From: Candidatus Marithrix sp.
GTDB lineage: Bacteria; Pseudomonadota; Gammaproteobacteria; Beggiatoales; Beggiatoaceae
Length of the DNA stretch: 64,000 nucleotides
Reading direction: 5' to 3'
NCBI GenBank assembly: GCA_016744775.1
Contig: JADGDS010000001.1
Span: forward strand, 660,290-724,289
Part shown: one piece after another, positions 1-9,705 of the stretch
Layout: the number at the start of each line of letters is the position of its first letter
Position numbering within the stretch: position 1 is the stretch's first letter
Program-made: the position numbers and the translations under genes
The notes under the pieces: model-generated
What the model was told of the DNA's origin: nothing
What the model saw: the letters and a program-made list of their open reading frames with translations, nothing else
Database searches by the model: none

Positions 1-2
1 AT

Positions 3-578
3 AGTAATATTAATACTAGTAGCAATAGTAGTTTGGCTAATGCAGGTAATATTTATATAAATTCTAATATATTAGCATTGGATGATGCGACTATTTCGAC
101 TAATGCTGAAACAGCTCAGGGTGGCAATATTATTCTGAGTGCTAGAAAATGTTTTAAAATGAATAGTAGTGAGTTAAGTGCTACTGTGAAAGGTGGAATA
201 GGTAATGGTGGTAATTTAGCAATAGGCAATCCAAGTTTATTTAATATACAGGATAGTAAGATATTTGCTAATGCTAGCGGCGGTGATGGTGGGTTTATTT
301 TAATTATTAGTGATTCAGATATTTCAAGGGGTAATCAAATAACGGCTTCTTCTGAAACTGGGCGTGTTGGTGATATTAAAATTGATGATATTTATAATAT
401 AGATATAAGTACTTTACCAATAGAATTTTTTATAGATGATAAGTTAGTAATAAAACAAGATTGTTCAATAATAAATGATACTCAATCTGAATTGAGTACT
501 TTTGTTGTTACTGGTAGAGGTGGATTATCCAATGCACCTGATGATTTACAAACTTATATACCAAATATAAATTATTAA
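3..578 (+). CDS. C-terminal part of a filamentous-haemagglutinin-like beta-helix repeat protein (5' end outside window)
   Basis: The frame is open from the window edge. Gly/Asn/Ile-rich repeats (GGNIILSA, GNGGNLAIGN, GGDGGFILI) are typical of TPS/haemagglutinin-type exoproteins. Confidence 0.45.
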   Translation, partial: SNINTSSNSSLANAGNIYINSNILALDDATISTNAETAQGGNIILSARKCFKMNSSELSATVKGGIGNGGNLAIGNPSLFNIQDSKIFANASGGDGGFILIISDSDISRGNQITASSETGRVGDIKIDDIYNIDISTLPIEFFIDDKLVIKQDCSIINDTQSELSTFVVTGRGGLSNAPDDLQTYIPNINY

Positions 579-579
579 T

Positions 580-2367
580 ATGGCTAATCTCAAATTAGGT
601 AAGTGTAATCCCAAAGGCAATTTTGAATCATTATATATTCTTGAGGATGATTGTAATCCAAATTTAACAGGTAGTTTTCCAGAGCTACAACTTAAAACAG
701 GTGATGAAATCACTTTGCGTATTTTCCATTTTAATGATTTGCATAATGAGTTGAGGATTATTAATAAGGATAAAGACGATACACATGTTTTTTCTCAAAT
801 GGTTAAGATTGTTAAAGATGCAAAAGCGCAAGCGGCTGATAATGAGATTATATTATTTGTCTCGGCTGGCGATGATCATATGAATAATCCATTAGATGAG
901 TTATTGGGTTTTGATGTGGATAGTTTTAAGGCTAGTGCTGCATATATTGCTTATTCTGAAGCTGGTTTAGATGCTGCGGTTATTGGTAATCATGAGCTTG
1001 ATCGAGGTTCTGCTTTGTTGGCTAAGGCTATTGAAACTAATGCTAATTTTCCGGTTTTATCGGCTAATTTATATGGTTCTAAAAATTTAACCGCTGATCA
1101 TTATCATCCGGCTATTATTGGTATAGCTAAAGGTTTGAGAATTGGTATCATTGGTTTAACGACTCAACAAAAAACTTTAGTTAGGCAAAAGGATGATCCT
1201 AATTTCAATGTAGGTGACATATTGCTTAGTTTGAAAAATACAATATCAGATATTGCTCCATTGTCAGACATGGTCATTATCTTAAGTCATGTCGGTTATA
1301 ATGGTAAAATGAATGGTCAAGTTCGACATGAACTTGATGTAGGTGATATAGAAATTGCTGAGACAGCGGCTGCAATAACTGATAAACCAATGGTGATTGT
1401 TGGTGGGCATATGCACTTAAAGTTGAATGAAAATCGCTTGGAGGTGTATGGTCATAATGTGCCAATTGTGCAAGCTAGCGCGAAAGGTAATTATTTGGGT
1501 CAAGTAATTTTTTCTTTTGTACAATCAGAAACTTGTTTGCAATCACAAGTTAATGCTAATCTTATTCCTATAAAAAGACATGAGGATGAAGCTGATATAG
1601 ATATAGGATTTGAGCAATCGGTGATGGCTCCGTTATATGGAATGTTGGATGATAAGTTAGAAGAAATTATTGGGGTATTAAATTGTGCAGAGGATATTAG
1701 CTGTAGTAAAAATATGCAAGATCGTTATATTGGTGAAACGGTAATTGCAAATTTTATGAATGACGCTATTGTTGCACAAACTATGAATAAAGTTGATATT
1801 GCCGCTTTTAATGCTTCTGGCATCAGTGGTGGAATTGTTAATTCAGAAATTAGTTTTAACGATTGGTATCAGGTGATGCCATTTGCAGATACTATAGTTA
1901 TAGTTGATATGACAGGGCAACAAATTAAGGATATGTTGATGAGTAATGCACAACGTATTGTACGCCCTGAAGAGTTAAAAAGTAAGCAAGCTCCTGATTT
2001 AAAAGAATATATATCACGTGGTTTTTTACATTTTTCTAGTGCCCTACGTTATACTATTAAGTTAAATTATGATGCAACTACTGCCGTAGCAGAAGATATT
2101 ATGTTGCATAATCAAGCAATTGATGAGCAGTTAGATCTGGTTTTTAAAGTTGCTTTAAGTGATTTTCTTACCTTACGTGGTGCAGAAGGTTGGAATGGTA
2201 AAACAATTGGTGCTGGATTAGCTGAGCATATAATTGGTATGGATTTAACAAATTTGCCTCAAGATGATACTGGTCATGTTTATCGTAATGAAATTATTGC
2301 TTTTATTAAAAATAATTGGATTTTAAATGAAAGTATTGTTTGTGATGGTAGGTTAAATGTTATTTAA
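580..2367 (+). CDS. bifunctional metallophosphatase / 5'-nucleotidase family protein
   Basis: Calcineurin-like phosphoesterase motifs FNDLHN, AGDDH, GNHELD, SHVGY and GGHMH, followed by a 5'-nucleotidase-type C-terminal domain. The ATG lies 1 nt after the upstream stop. Confidence 0.8.
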   Translation: MANLKLGKCNPKGNFESLYILEDDCNPNLTGSFPELQLKTGDEITLRIFHFNDLHNELRIINKDKDDTHVFSQMVKIVKDAKAQAADNEIILFVSAGDDHMNNPLDELLGFDVDSFKASAAYIAYSEAGLDAAVIGNHELDRGSALLAKAIETNANFPVLSANLYGSKNLTADHYHPAIIGIAKGLRIGIIGLTTQQKTLVRQKDDPNFNVGDILLSLKNTISDIAPLSDMVIILSHVGYNGKMNGQVRHELDVGDIEIAETAAAITDKPMVIVGGHMHLKLNENRLEVYGHNVPIVQASAKGNYLGQVIFSFVQSETCLQSQVNANLIPIKRHEDEADIDIGFEQSVMAPLYGMLDDKLEEIIGVLNCAEDISCSKNMQDRYIGETVIANFMNDAIVAQTMNKVDIAAFNASGISGGIVNSEISFNDWYQVMPFADTIVIVDMTGQQIKDMLMSNAQRIVRPEELKSKQAPDLKEYISRGFLHFSSALRYTIKLNYDATTAVAEDIMLHNQAIDEQLDLVFKVALSDFLTLRGAEGWNGKTIGAGLAEHIIGMDLTNLPQDDTGHVYRNEIIAFIKNNWILNESIVCDGRLNVI

Positions 2368-3257
2368 TAAATGTTAGTTTCTCCTTCTGGGCGATCTTTA
2401 AAGCGTCTATGTACCCATAAATATTGTTCGGGTGCGTTTCTAGTCTGTGTTTCTATCAGTTGATTAATTTTGGTAGCGTCTTCTAAAGCTGCTTGCATTT
2501 TTATGGCTGGTAATAATATTACTTTATAGCCATTTTCTGTTCTTTGAGTGAAAAATGGAATTACAGCGGCGCCGCTTATTTTGGCAATACGTGAAATTGC
2601 GGTGTTAGTTGCCGCTGGTATTCCAAAAAAATCTGCAAAGATGCTATTTTTATGTCCAAAATTTTGATCGCTGGCAAACCATAGTGCTTTGTTTTGCTTT
2701 AAACTACGTATCATTTCTCGCACTGCTTCACGAGGTATGGCTTTTTCTGCACGACTTTCTCGACTTTTTTGCATAAAATGTTCAATTACTGGGTTTTCAT
2801 GTGGGCGATAGGTGGCATGAATTGCAGTGTGCATGGTTAAAAAGCGAGTTCCAATTTCTAGTGATGTAAAATGGGCACTTAGTAAAATTACGCCTTTGCC
2901 GCGTTTTAATGCGGCATCTAAGTGTTCTAAGCCTGAAATTGTTCCTAGAGATTCTAGACGTTTATCTGGCAACCACCATGCACTTAGCATTTCTAGTAAT
3001 CCCATTCCTAATGATTCAAAATGTTGACGTACTAGTTTATTTTGTTGTTTTTCATTTAGTTGAGGAAAACATAGTTTAATATTTATGCTTGCAATTTTAC
3101 GACGACGATTAGCTAGTTTATAAAATAATAATCCTAGTTTTTTGCCTGTAAAACGTTGCCAGCTATGTGGTAAACGGGTTAAACTCCATAATAAGCCAAT
3201 TCCAGCCCATAATAGCCAATAACGTGGTTTTAGTAAGGTAATAAAAGATGAGTTCAT
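2364..3257 (-). CDS. lpxL: lipid A biosynthesis lauroyl/myristoyl acyltransferase (LpxL/HtrB family)
   Basis: 297 aa with an N-terminal TM helix, the HX4E acyltransferase motif (SAHFTSLE) and family-typical length. Confidence 0.8.
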   Translation of the reverse strand: MNSSFITLLKPRYWLLWAGIGLLWSLTRLPHSWQRFTGKKLGLLFYKLANRRRKIASINIKLCFPQLNEKQQNKLVRQHFESLGMGLLEMLSAWWLPDKRLESLGTISGLEHLDAALKRGKGVILLSAHFTSLEIGTRFLTMHTAIHATYRPHENPVIEHFMQKSRESRAEKAIPREAVREMIRSLKQNKALWFASDQNFGHKNSIFADFFGIPAATNTAISRIAKISGAAVIPFFTQRTENGYKVILLPAIKMQAALEDATKINQLIETQTRNAPEQYLWVHRRFKDRPEGETNIY

Positions 3258-3265
3258 TAGTTAGT
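3156..3265. repeat. direct repeat copy A (functional 5' end of lpxL)
   Basis: Aligns by eye with 5580-5667 at roughly 90% identity, apart from one 21-nt in-frame gap in copy B. Confidence 0.85.
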
Positions 3266-3272
3266 TTTAGTA

Positions 3273-4313
3273 TCAAATATAAAAATTCTGTTTTTTTGTA
3301 ATTCCACTACCTAAATTTACGCCAATATCTGTTTTACTATCGATATCTAGGTTATTAAATATTTTATTATCTTTTTGAATTTCTAAAATTTCTTTTTTTA
3401 TAAATTTTTGATCAGGAGTTTTTATAATGATATAGTCTCCTATTTTAATTTTATTATTTTCAATTTCAAAGCATAAAATTGAACCCTTTTTAAAAACCCC
3501 TTTGACATTTACTATTTCAGTACGCAAAAACTGAGTTTCATATTCAAGTTCTTTTTCAACAATAGTTTCAAATATAGCTTTTCCATAGTTTTCCAAAAAT
3601 TCAATATAATTATCAAACTCTGTGATATTTAATATATTATCAATATCTGCGCCATGAGCAATCTCATTTCTACGAATTACAAGATCATCTATTATTGCAA
3701 ATAACTCATCTCCTCTATTTGAAATATTCTTACCAAATTTCTGCTTTAGAAATATAGAAAATTGCTCATTAAGTTTAAGCTTTGTTAGCAATTCAATATC
3801 GAGAGATTTAAAAGCCTCAATTATTTTTGAATGTTTTAGGTTTCCAGATAATGGGGAAAAAGCATCTCTGTTAAGTTTATAGTCGGATGGGTTACTAATA
3901 CAATGGCTTAAGCTAAGTAATAAGTCTTCTTTTGTCAAATGTTCGTATTTGACAAATCTATTCTCATTGACTAATGAAATTAATTTGACAGATAAATCAA
4001 AATTATTTTTGCGGAGTGTGCTGGGTAAGTCATTATAGCTCTTAATAATATTAGGAAGTGTATCAATATGTTCTTGTATCCAAATGCCAATATGTTTTTC
4101 TATTATGCCATATAGTGAAATGATAATAGCTTTATATTCAAATATTTTTTTTGATTTTCCAAAACTATGCAAATGCTCGTTAAATATTTTTAGTGATTGT
4201 TCATTTGAATTTCGAGTGGCAGCCTCAAGCTTATTAGTTAGATCTATATGCTTTATATATTCTTTAACATTATTGATATCATTGAAAAAATGTTGTAATG
4301 AAATATCTTGCAT
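3273..4313 (-). CDS. HEPN-domain protein (Rx4H motif) with a small C-terminal beta-barrel-like domain
   Basis: 346 aa. The helical N-terminal two-thirds contain RRNEIAHG (RNEIAH = Rx4H HEPN signature). The C-terminal ~80 aa (GVFKKGSILCFEIENNKIKIGDYIIIK...ILEIQKDNK...IGVNLG) resemble an EF-Tu-domain-2-like barrel. It lies 8 nt downstream of the DUF262 gene. Confidence 0.6.
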   Translation of the reverse strand: MQDISLQHFFNDINNVKEYIKHIDLTNKLEAATRNSNEQSLKIFNEHLHSFGKSKKIFEYKAIIISLYGIIEKHIGIWIQEHIDTLPNIIKSYNDLPSTLRKNNFDLSVKLISLVNENRFVKYEHLTKEDLLLSLSHCISNPSDYKLNRDAFSPLSGNLKHSKIIEAFKSLDIELLTKLKLNEQFSIFLKQKFGKNISNRGDELFAIIDDLVIRRNEIAHGADIDNILNITEFDNYIEFLENYGKAIFETIVEKELEYETQFLRTEIVNVKGVFKKGSILCFEIENNKIKIGDYIIIKTPDQKFIKKEILEIQKDNKIFNNLDIDSKTDIGVNLGSGITKKQNFYI

Positions 4314-4321
4314 ATTAAAGC

Positions 4322-5512
4322 CTAGTTTATGTATTTCTTAAATAAATTATCAAAATATTCAATTCTGGCTTTAACCTTTGATGGAAGGTTGTTTCTTCCC
4401 TCAAAAAATTTGCTACCATCACTGAAATGTTTCTTATCATATCGCGTATTATTTATCTCTTTTGCATGATGTAATATCTGATATTTTTTACTGATATTGT
4501 TTGCTATTGACTGCATTAATGGATCATAAATTACTTTTTGTGGTTTTGTGAATTGTCTCTCATATGCAGGTGCAATGAATGCTTTTTCACCAAATATTTC
4601 ATAGGCTATTTCAATGCTTTGTGTAAATAAGTTTTCTAATTCAAGTAATGTGCTGTCTGGAAATTGATTTGCTTGTTTTAAATATTCATCTAAGAAATCT
4701 TCAATTGTGCCTGAAAACTTATCTAGAAAACGATAAGCAAAGAATCTTAAAACTAATTCAACATCATCCATTTTTCGATAAGCGTCACTAGTCAATAATT
4801 TTTCTTCTCCATCACTTTCTAATGGAATTTGCCACATTTTTCTAAAATTATCATTCTTTGAAAGTTTTAGACATAATTGATTAAATTTCCCATTGTAAAG
4901 TGCATTTCTTGTTTCTTGGGCTGTTAATTTTTCGCCACCACTATTTAACCTTTCAAAAACAATTTGTTTTAATTCTTCTGCTTCTTCAGGTGTTTTTGCT
5001 GTTTCTTCAAGCAAGATTATTGAAGATATATACCTTCTATCAATTCCTTTTTGTATTTCTACTGGTAATTCATGATACTTTTTACCATCTAACTCTTTCC
5101 AATATTCAAGACTTTCTAAAGCAAAGTTACCACTATAATAATCAACAATTGATGTTAATCTTTGCAATCCATCCATGACTTCAAATTTTGAATAATCATA
5201 CTCGTATAAAAAGATAGGAGGCAGCGGCACATTCATAATAAAAGATTCTATTAATCTAGATTTTCTTCCTTTATCCCAGCGTTTTCTTCTTTGATATTCA
5301 GGGTTTAACTTGTAATCTCCACTATCGATCATGCTTTTTATACTTTTCACAGGATAGCGAGCTTGTTCTGTAACAATACGTATTTCACCTCTTTTATACT
5401 TAGCATTTATGTCTTCATCTGACATGGTTACTATATCTTCATTTATTTTCTTTAATGAGAAAATTTCACCTTCAATTTTTGGCATATTTTTTTGTTCGCT
5501 TTTATTAATCAT
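4322..5512 (-). CDS. DUF262 (ParB-like / GmrSD N-terminal nuclease-NTPase) domain protein
   Basis: 396 aa with the DUF262 hallmarks YQRRKRW and the DGxQR motif (MDGLQRLTS). No DUF1524/HNH half is present. Confidence 0.75.
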   Translation of the reverse strand: MINKSEQKNMPKIEGEIFSLKKINEDIVTMSDEDINAKYKRGEIRIVTEQARYPVKSIKSMIDSGDYKLNPEYQRRKRWDKGRKSRLIESFIMNVPLPPIFLYEYDYSKFEVMDGLQRLTSIVDYYSGNFALESLEYWKELDGKKYHELPVEIQKGIDRRYISSIILLEETAKTPEEAEELKQIVFERLNSGGEKLTAQETRNALYNGKFNQLCLKLSKNDNFRKMWQIPLESDGEEKLLTSDAYRKMDDVELVLRFFAYRFLDKFSGTIEDFLDEYLKQANQFPDSTLLELENLFTQSIEIAYEIFGEKAFIAPAYERQFTKPQKVIYDPLMQSIANNISKKYQILHHAKEINNTRYDKKHFSDGSKFFEGRNNLPSKVKARIEYFDNLFKKYIN

Positions 5513-5579
5513 TGAGTAGCTTTATAATAATTATAATAATATTTAACTAATTTGTCAATAGCTGTTATTTACCCTAACA

Positions 5580-5667
5580 TTGCCAACTATGTGGTAAATT
5601 AGTTAAACTCCATAATAGCCAATAACGTGGTTTTAATAAGGTAATTAAATATGAGTTCATTAGTAAG
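5580..5667. repeat. direct repeat copy B (orphan lpxL 5' fragment, overlaps the ABC gene start)
   Basis: The reverse strand reads MNSYLITLLKPRYWLLW-SLTNLPHSWQC*, a degraded copy of the LpxL N-terminus (MNSSFITLLKPRYWLLWAGIGLLWSLTRLPHSWQ). Confidence 0.85.
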
Positions 5668-7192
5668 TATTAAAAATTTTTCAGTTGCTTTTGGTAAAAA
5701 AGAAGTTGTTCATAATGTTAGTTTGGATATTCAAGCCGGCGAAAAATTAGCCTTAGTTGGTGAATCCGGTTCAGGTAAATCAGTGACGGCTTTGTCTATT
5801 TTACAATTACATGATAAGCGGCGTGTAACTTATCCTAGTGGTTCTATAGAATTGAATTCTAAAAATTTGCTGGAATTTAGTAAAGCCGAATTACGTCGTG
5901 TGCGTGGTAAAGATGTTGCTATGATTTTTCAGGAGCCAATGACTTCGTTAAATCCTGTTTATCCTATTGGCACACAATTAATAGAACCTTTATTGATACA
6001 TGAAGGTATCAGCCGTGCTGCCGCTCGTCGTCGTATGATTGAGTTATTGGATTTAACCGGTATTCCTGAACCTGATAAACGTTTTAATGTTTATCCTCAT
6101 ACTCTATCTGGTGGGCAACGTCAACGTGTTATGATTGCAATGGCATTGGCTTGTAATCCTAAATTGTTGATTGCTGATGAGCCAACTACTGCATTAGATG
6201 TCACAATTCAGTTGCAAATAATTGAGTTATTAGAAAAGATGCAAAAAGAATTTGGTATGGCGGTGTTATTAATTAGTCATGATTTAAATTTGGTAAAACG
6301 CTTTGCTAAACGCATTTGTGTGATGCAACAAGGTAATTTAGTTGAAACTGCCAGTGTAGATAATTTATTTAAAAATCCTCAACATCCTTATACCAAACAC
6401 CTACTAAATAGCCAACCTGAAAGAATTCAAACCGAATATGATTATAACTCTAAACCAGCTCCTTTATTAGAAGCTAAAAATGTTAATTGTGAATTTGTAA
6501 TCAAAAACACGAAAATTAAAGCGGTTGATAATGCAAATCTTCATATATTACCCGGAGAAACTTTAGGTGTAGTTGGAGAATCAGGCTCAGGTAAAACTAC
6601 ATTAGGAATGTGTCTATTAAAATTACAAGACTGTAGCGGCGATGTTGATTATTCGCAATTAACGCCCTTGCGTCGTAGTTTTCAGGTGGTTTTTCAAGAT
6701 CCTTATTCTTCCTTATCACCACGTATGACGATAGAAGATATTATTGGTGAAGGTTTGGTAATTCATTCTCCAGAATTAAGTCGTAAGCAGCGACGTGAAC
6801 GTATTATTAATATCTTAACTGAGGTAGGATTAGAAGCCAATGTCTTAAAACGTTATCCTCATGAATTTTCAGGCGGGCAACGACAACGTATTGCTATTGC
6901 ACGAGCTGTGATTTTAGAACCAAAATTAATTTTACTAGATGAACCAACTAGTGCTTTAGATGTATCCGTACAAAAACAAGTGTTGCAATTACTAGAAAAC
7001 TTACAACAAAAACATAATATCAGTTACTTATTTATCAGCCATGACTTAAAAGTAATTCGCGCTATATCTCACCGTATAATTGTAATGCGTCATGGTAAAT
7101 TTGTGGAACAGGGTGAAACTGAGCAATTATTTAAGAATCCACAACATGATTATACACAGGCTTTATTACACGCATCTTTATTTACAATATAA
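5651..7192 (+). CDS. ABC transporter ATP-binding protein with duplicated ATPase domains (YejF/oligopeptide-type)
   Basis: Two Walker A motifs (GESGSGKS, GESGSGKT), two signature motifs (LSGGQRQR, FSGGQRQR) and two Walker B motifs (LLIADEPT, LILLDEPT). No cognate permease is adjacent. Confidence 0.85.
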   Translation: MSSLVSIKNFSVAFGKKEVVHNVSLDIQAGEKLALVGESGSGKSVTALSILQLHDKRRVTYPSGSIELNSKNLLEFSKAELRRVRGKDVAMIFQEPMTSLNPVYPIGTQLIEPLLIHEGISRAAARRRMIELLDLTGIPEPDKRFNVYPHTLSGGQRQRVMIAMALACNPKLLIADEPTTALDVTIQLQIIELLEKMQKEFGMAVLLISHDLNLVKRFAKRICVMQQGNLVETASVDNLFKNPQHPYTKHLLNSQPERIQTEYDYNSKPAPLLEAKNVNCEFVIKNTKIKAVDNANLHILPGETLGVVGESGSGKTTLGMCLLKLQDCSGDVDYSQLTPLRRSFQVVFQDPYSSLSPRMTIEDIIGEGLVIHSPELSRKQRRERIINILTEVGLEANVLKRYPHEFSGGQRQRIAIARAVILEPKLILLDEPTSALDVSVQKQVLQLLENLQQKHNISYLFISHDLKVIRAISHRIIVMRHGKFVEQGETEQLFKNPQHDYTQALLHASLFTI

Positions 7193-7542
7193 TGTCATAC
7201 ATACTTGAAGCGATAAAAAAAGCAGAACGTGAACGTGAGATAATTCAATATATTGAATATACTCATAAATTATCATACCAAGTACCAGCTTGGCACAGAA
7301 AAAGTATAATATATATACCAATTATGGTATCTATAATAATGTTATTATGGCCTCAAGTACCATTGATGCCAAAAAAAACTTATATTATTAAACCTACAAT
7401 TTATCAATCCATGCCTCTATATAGAGTATATAATTATACTCCTACTACATCTATGATAAGCTCTACAAAGATTTATCATCGTGATGAAAAATTAAGTTTT
7501 GACAAGAAAAGAAGCAGAAAATTGATTAATTATGAAAATTAA
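7192..7542 (+). CDS. hypothetical small membrane protein
   Basis: 116 aa with one predicted TM segment. The start overlaps the upstream stop. No recognised domain. Confidence 0.35.
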   Translation: MSYILEAIKKAEREREIIQYIEYTHKLSYQVPAWHRKSIIYIPIMVSIIMLLWPQVPLMPKKTYIIKPTIYQSMPLYRVYNYTPTTSMISSTKIYHRDEKLSFDKKRSRKLINYEN

Positions 7543-8071
7543 AAGTCGTTGGAACAAACGTGCAAAACCGCAAACTATTGAAGATATAGCGGGAGCATTA
7601 GGTTTTATTAGTTGGACAATTTCTGGTAATGCAGTATTAGAATTAGAAAAGAAGGGCTACGACACAACAAGTAATAACCATCGTCTTGATATAATAGGAG
7701 AATTTTTAACATTTTTGCTGCAAGTTGCTGATAGATTAGCCTATAAACAAATGGATGATGAAAAGCGGAAGGCTTTTATTGTTGCTTTAGCGCAACATAT
7801 GGCAGATACTTTTGCTGGAAATAAAAAAGATTTGTTAGGTGAAGGAGAACACCGTCAAGCGTTTATTGATTTAATCAATAAACGAGCAGAAGATTATGCC
7901 GGATTAAGTTTTAATAATGGTGAAGCTGGCTTTGATTTTCTACGTTATTTTGGCGAACAAGTCGAAGCTTTGATGAAAGAAAAACATTTTGCCAGTCAAC
8001 AAATTATGGATATAGAAGCACCTGATGCTATTAGGGCTTTTAAAAAGGCAATGACGGATTTATTTAAATAA
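7532..8071 (+). CDS. hypothetical cytosolic protein
   Basis: 179-aa ORF with a protein-like, helical composition. It overlaps the upstream ORF by 11 nt. Family not recognised. Confidence 0.5.
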   Translation: MKIKSRWNKRAKPQTIEDIAGALGFISWTISGNAVLELEKKGYDTTSNNHRLDIIGEFLTFLLQVADRLAYKQMDDEKRKAFIVALAQHMADTFAGNKKDLLGEGEHRQAFIDLINKRAEDYAGLSFNNGEAGFDFLRYFGEQVEALMKEKHFASQQIMDIEAPDAIRAFKKAMTDLFK

Positions 8072-8329
8072 AATAATTTCAGTTTCTGCAAATGGCCTAA
8101 AAATAGGCCATTTCGGATTTTTATACCATTCCGGTTTTTTGCTTGATATATATAATGTTCCTGTCTTTAAGTCTCTCCAGCTATAAATAATAAGTTTGTG
8201 ACATGTTTTATCAATAGCAATACAAGCATTACCACAAGATTTGCCTCGTTTGCATTGTATTGCTTCTACATTTATATAAATAAATGTTAGGCTAATTATT
8301 AATAATATTTTCCAATGCCAGTAAATCAT
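8060..8329 (-). CDS. hypothetical small secreted Cys-rich protein
   Basis: 89 aa with a signal-like N-terminus (WKILLIISLTFIYINVEA) and a CxxGKSCGNACIxxxxxCH motif. It overlaps the lysA 3' end by 38 nt. Confidence 0.35.
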   Translation of the reverse strand: MIYWHWKILLIISLTFIYINVEAIQCKRGKSCGNACIAIDKTCHKLIIYSWRDLKTGTLYISSKKPEWYKNPKWPIFRPFAETEIILFK

Positions 8330-9545
8330 CTATAGTCTCACGTCTGCGTATTAGATATACACGATCTTGATCTACCATTATTTCTGGTATTCGTGGACGA
8401 CTATTATAATTGGAACTCATTACAAAACCATAGGCACCGCTGCCACGTATTGCTAATAAATCGCCTTCTTTTAAGGCTAACTCTCTGTTTTTACCTAAAA
8501 AATCACCAGTTTCACATATTGGTCCAACAATATCATAATTTTTTACTGTTTCATCTTGTCGTGGTTTAACTGGCACTATTTGTTGCCATGCGCCATATAA
8601 TGCTGGGCGAATTAAGTCATTCATTGCAGCGTCAACAATGGCAAAATTTTTGTCTGGTGTGTTTTTTAGATATTCTACTTGGGTGAGTAAAATACCTGCA
8701 TTCGCTGCAATCGCACGCCCGGGTTCAATCAAAATTTCATATGGAAATTCATCACCTAATATTTGTGTTAATGCTTCTACATATTCATTCGGTTTTGGTG
8801 GATTTTCATCCTGATAAACAACTCCTAAACCGCCACCTAAGTCTATATGCTGTAATTCTATATCTGCAAGTTTTAATTTTTTTATTAATATAAATACTCG
8901 TTTTAAGGCATCTACAAAAGGCTCTACTGTAGTTAATTGTGAACCAATATGACAATCTATACCAGTAATTTGAACATTATCTAATGATGCCGCTTTGATA
9001 AAAATATCCATTGCATCATCAATTGCAATACCAAATTTATTTTCTTTTAAGCCGGTAGAAATATAAGGATGTGTATTAGCATCGACATCAGGATTGACTC
9101 TAAATGAAACTGGAGCAGATTTACCCATTGTAGCCGCAATGTCATTTATACGATGCAATTCTGCCTCAGATTCAACATTAAAACATCGAATTCCTACATC
9201 TAAAGCGCGGGAAATTTCTGCCTTAGTTTTACCTACGCCAGAAAATACAATTTTTTCTGCTTTTCCACCTGCTTGTAATACACGTTCTAATTCTCCACCT
9301 GATACAATGTCAAAGCCGCTACCTAAACGTGCTAATATATTTAAGATGGCTAAATTGGAATTAGCTTTGACGGCATAACAAATTAGATGGCGATAATTTT
9401 TTAAGGAATTATCAAAAACCTGCCAATGTCGTTCCAATGTAGCGCGAGAATAAACATAACAAGGTGTACCATAAGTTTCAGCAATTTTGCTTAAATCTAC
9501 ATTTTCAGCATATAAGTAAGCATTGCGATAATCAAAGTAATCCAT
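8292..9545 (-). CDS. lysA: diaminopimelate decarboxylase
   Basis: 417 aa with the PLP-lysine region YAVKANSN, the GGGLG motif and CETGD, aligning full length to the LysA pattern. Confidence 0.9.
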   Translation of the reverse strand: MDYFDYRNAYLYAENVDLSKIAETYGTPCYVYSRATLERHWQVFDNSLKNYRHLICYAVKANSNLAILNILARLGSGFDIVSGGELERVLQAGGKAEKIVFSGVGKTKAEISRALDVGIRCFNVESEAELHRINDIAATMGKSAPVSFRVNPDVDANTHPYISTGLKENKFGIAIDDAMDIFIKAASLDNVQITGIDCHIGSQLTTVEPFVDALKRVFILIKKLKLADIELQHIDLGGGLGVVYQDENPPKPNEYVEALTQILGDEFPYEILIEPGRAIAANAGILLTQVEYLKNTPDKNFAIVDAAMNDLIRPALYGAWQQIVPVKPRQDETVKNYDIVGPICETGDFLGKNRELALKEGDLLAIRGSGAYGFVMSSNYNSRPRIPEIMVDQDRVYLIRRRETIDDLLALENIINN

Positions 9546-9661
9546 TAGTTTTTATCCGTTATTGTTTGTTCTGGTGGTAATGGGCGTATTAAGTCGCCTT
9601 TTTGACCACATGCACTAATATTTATTAAAAGTAAGGTAATTATTATAGTTACTATTTTCAT
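9545..9661 (-). CDS. lptM: small lipoprotein LptM/YifL-like (below ORF-track cutoff)
   Basis: Hand translation gives MKIVTIIITLLLINISACGQKGDLIRPLPPEQTITDKN*. It has a lipobox (ISAC) followed by the CGQKG-L motif typical of YifL/LptM. Its TAA overlaps the lysA ATG (TAATG). Confidence 0.6.
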   Translation of the reverse strand: MKIVTIIITLLLINISACGQKGDLIRPLPPEQTITDKN

Positions 9662-9705
9662 TAAAATTGCATCCTAAAAATTAAATCATCAATTAGAATC
9701 TAATT

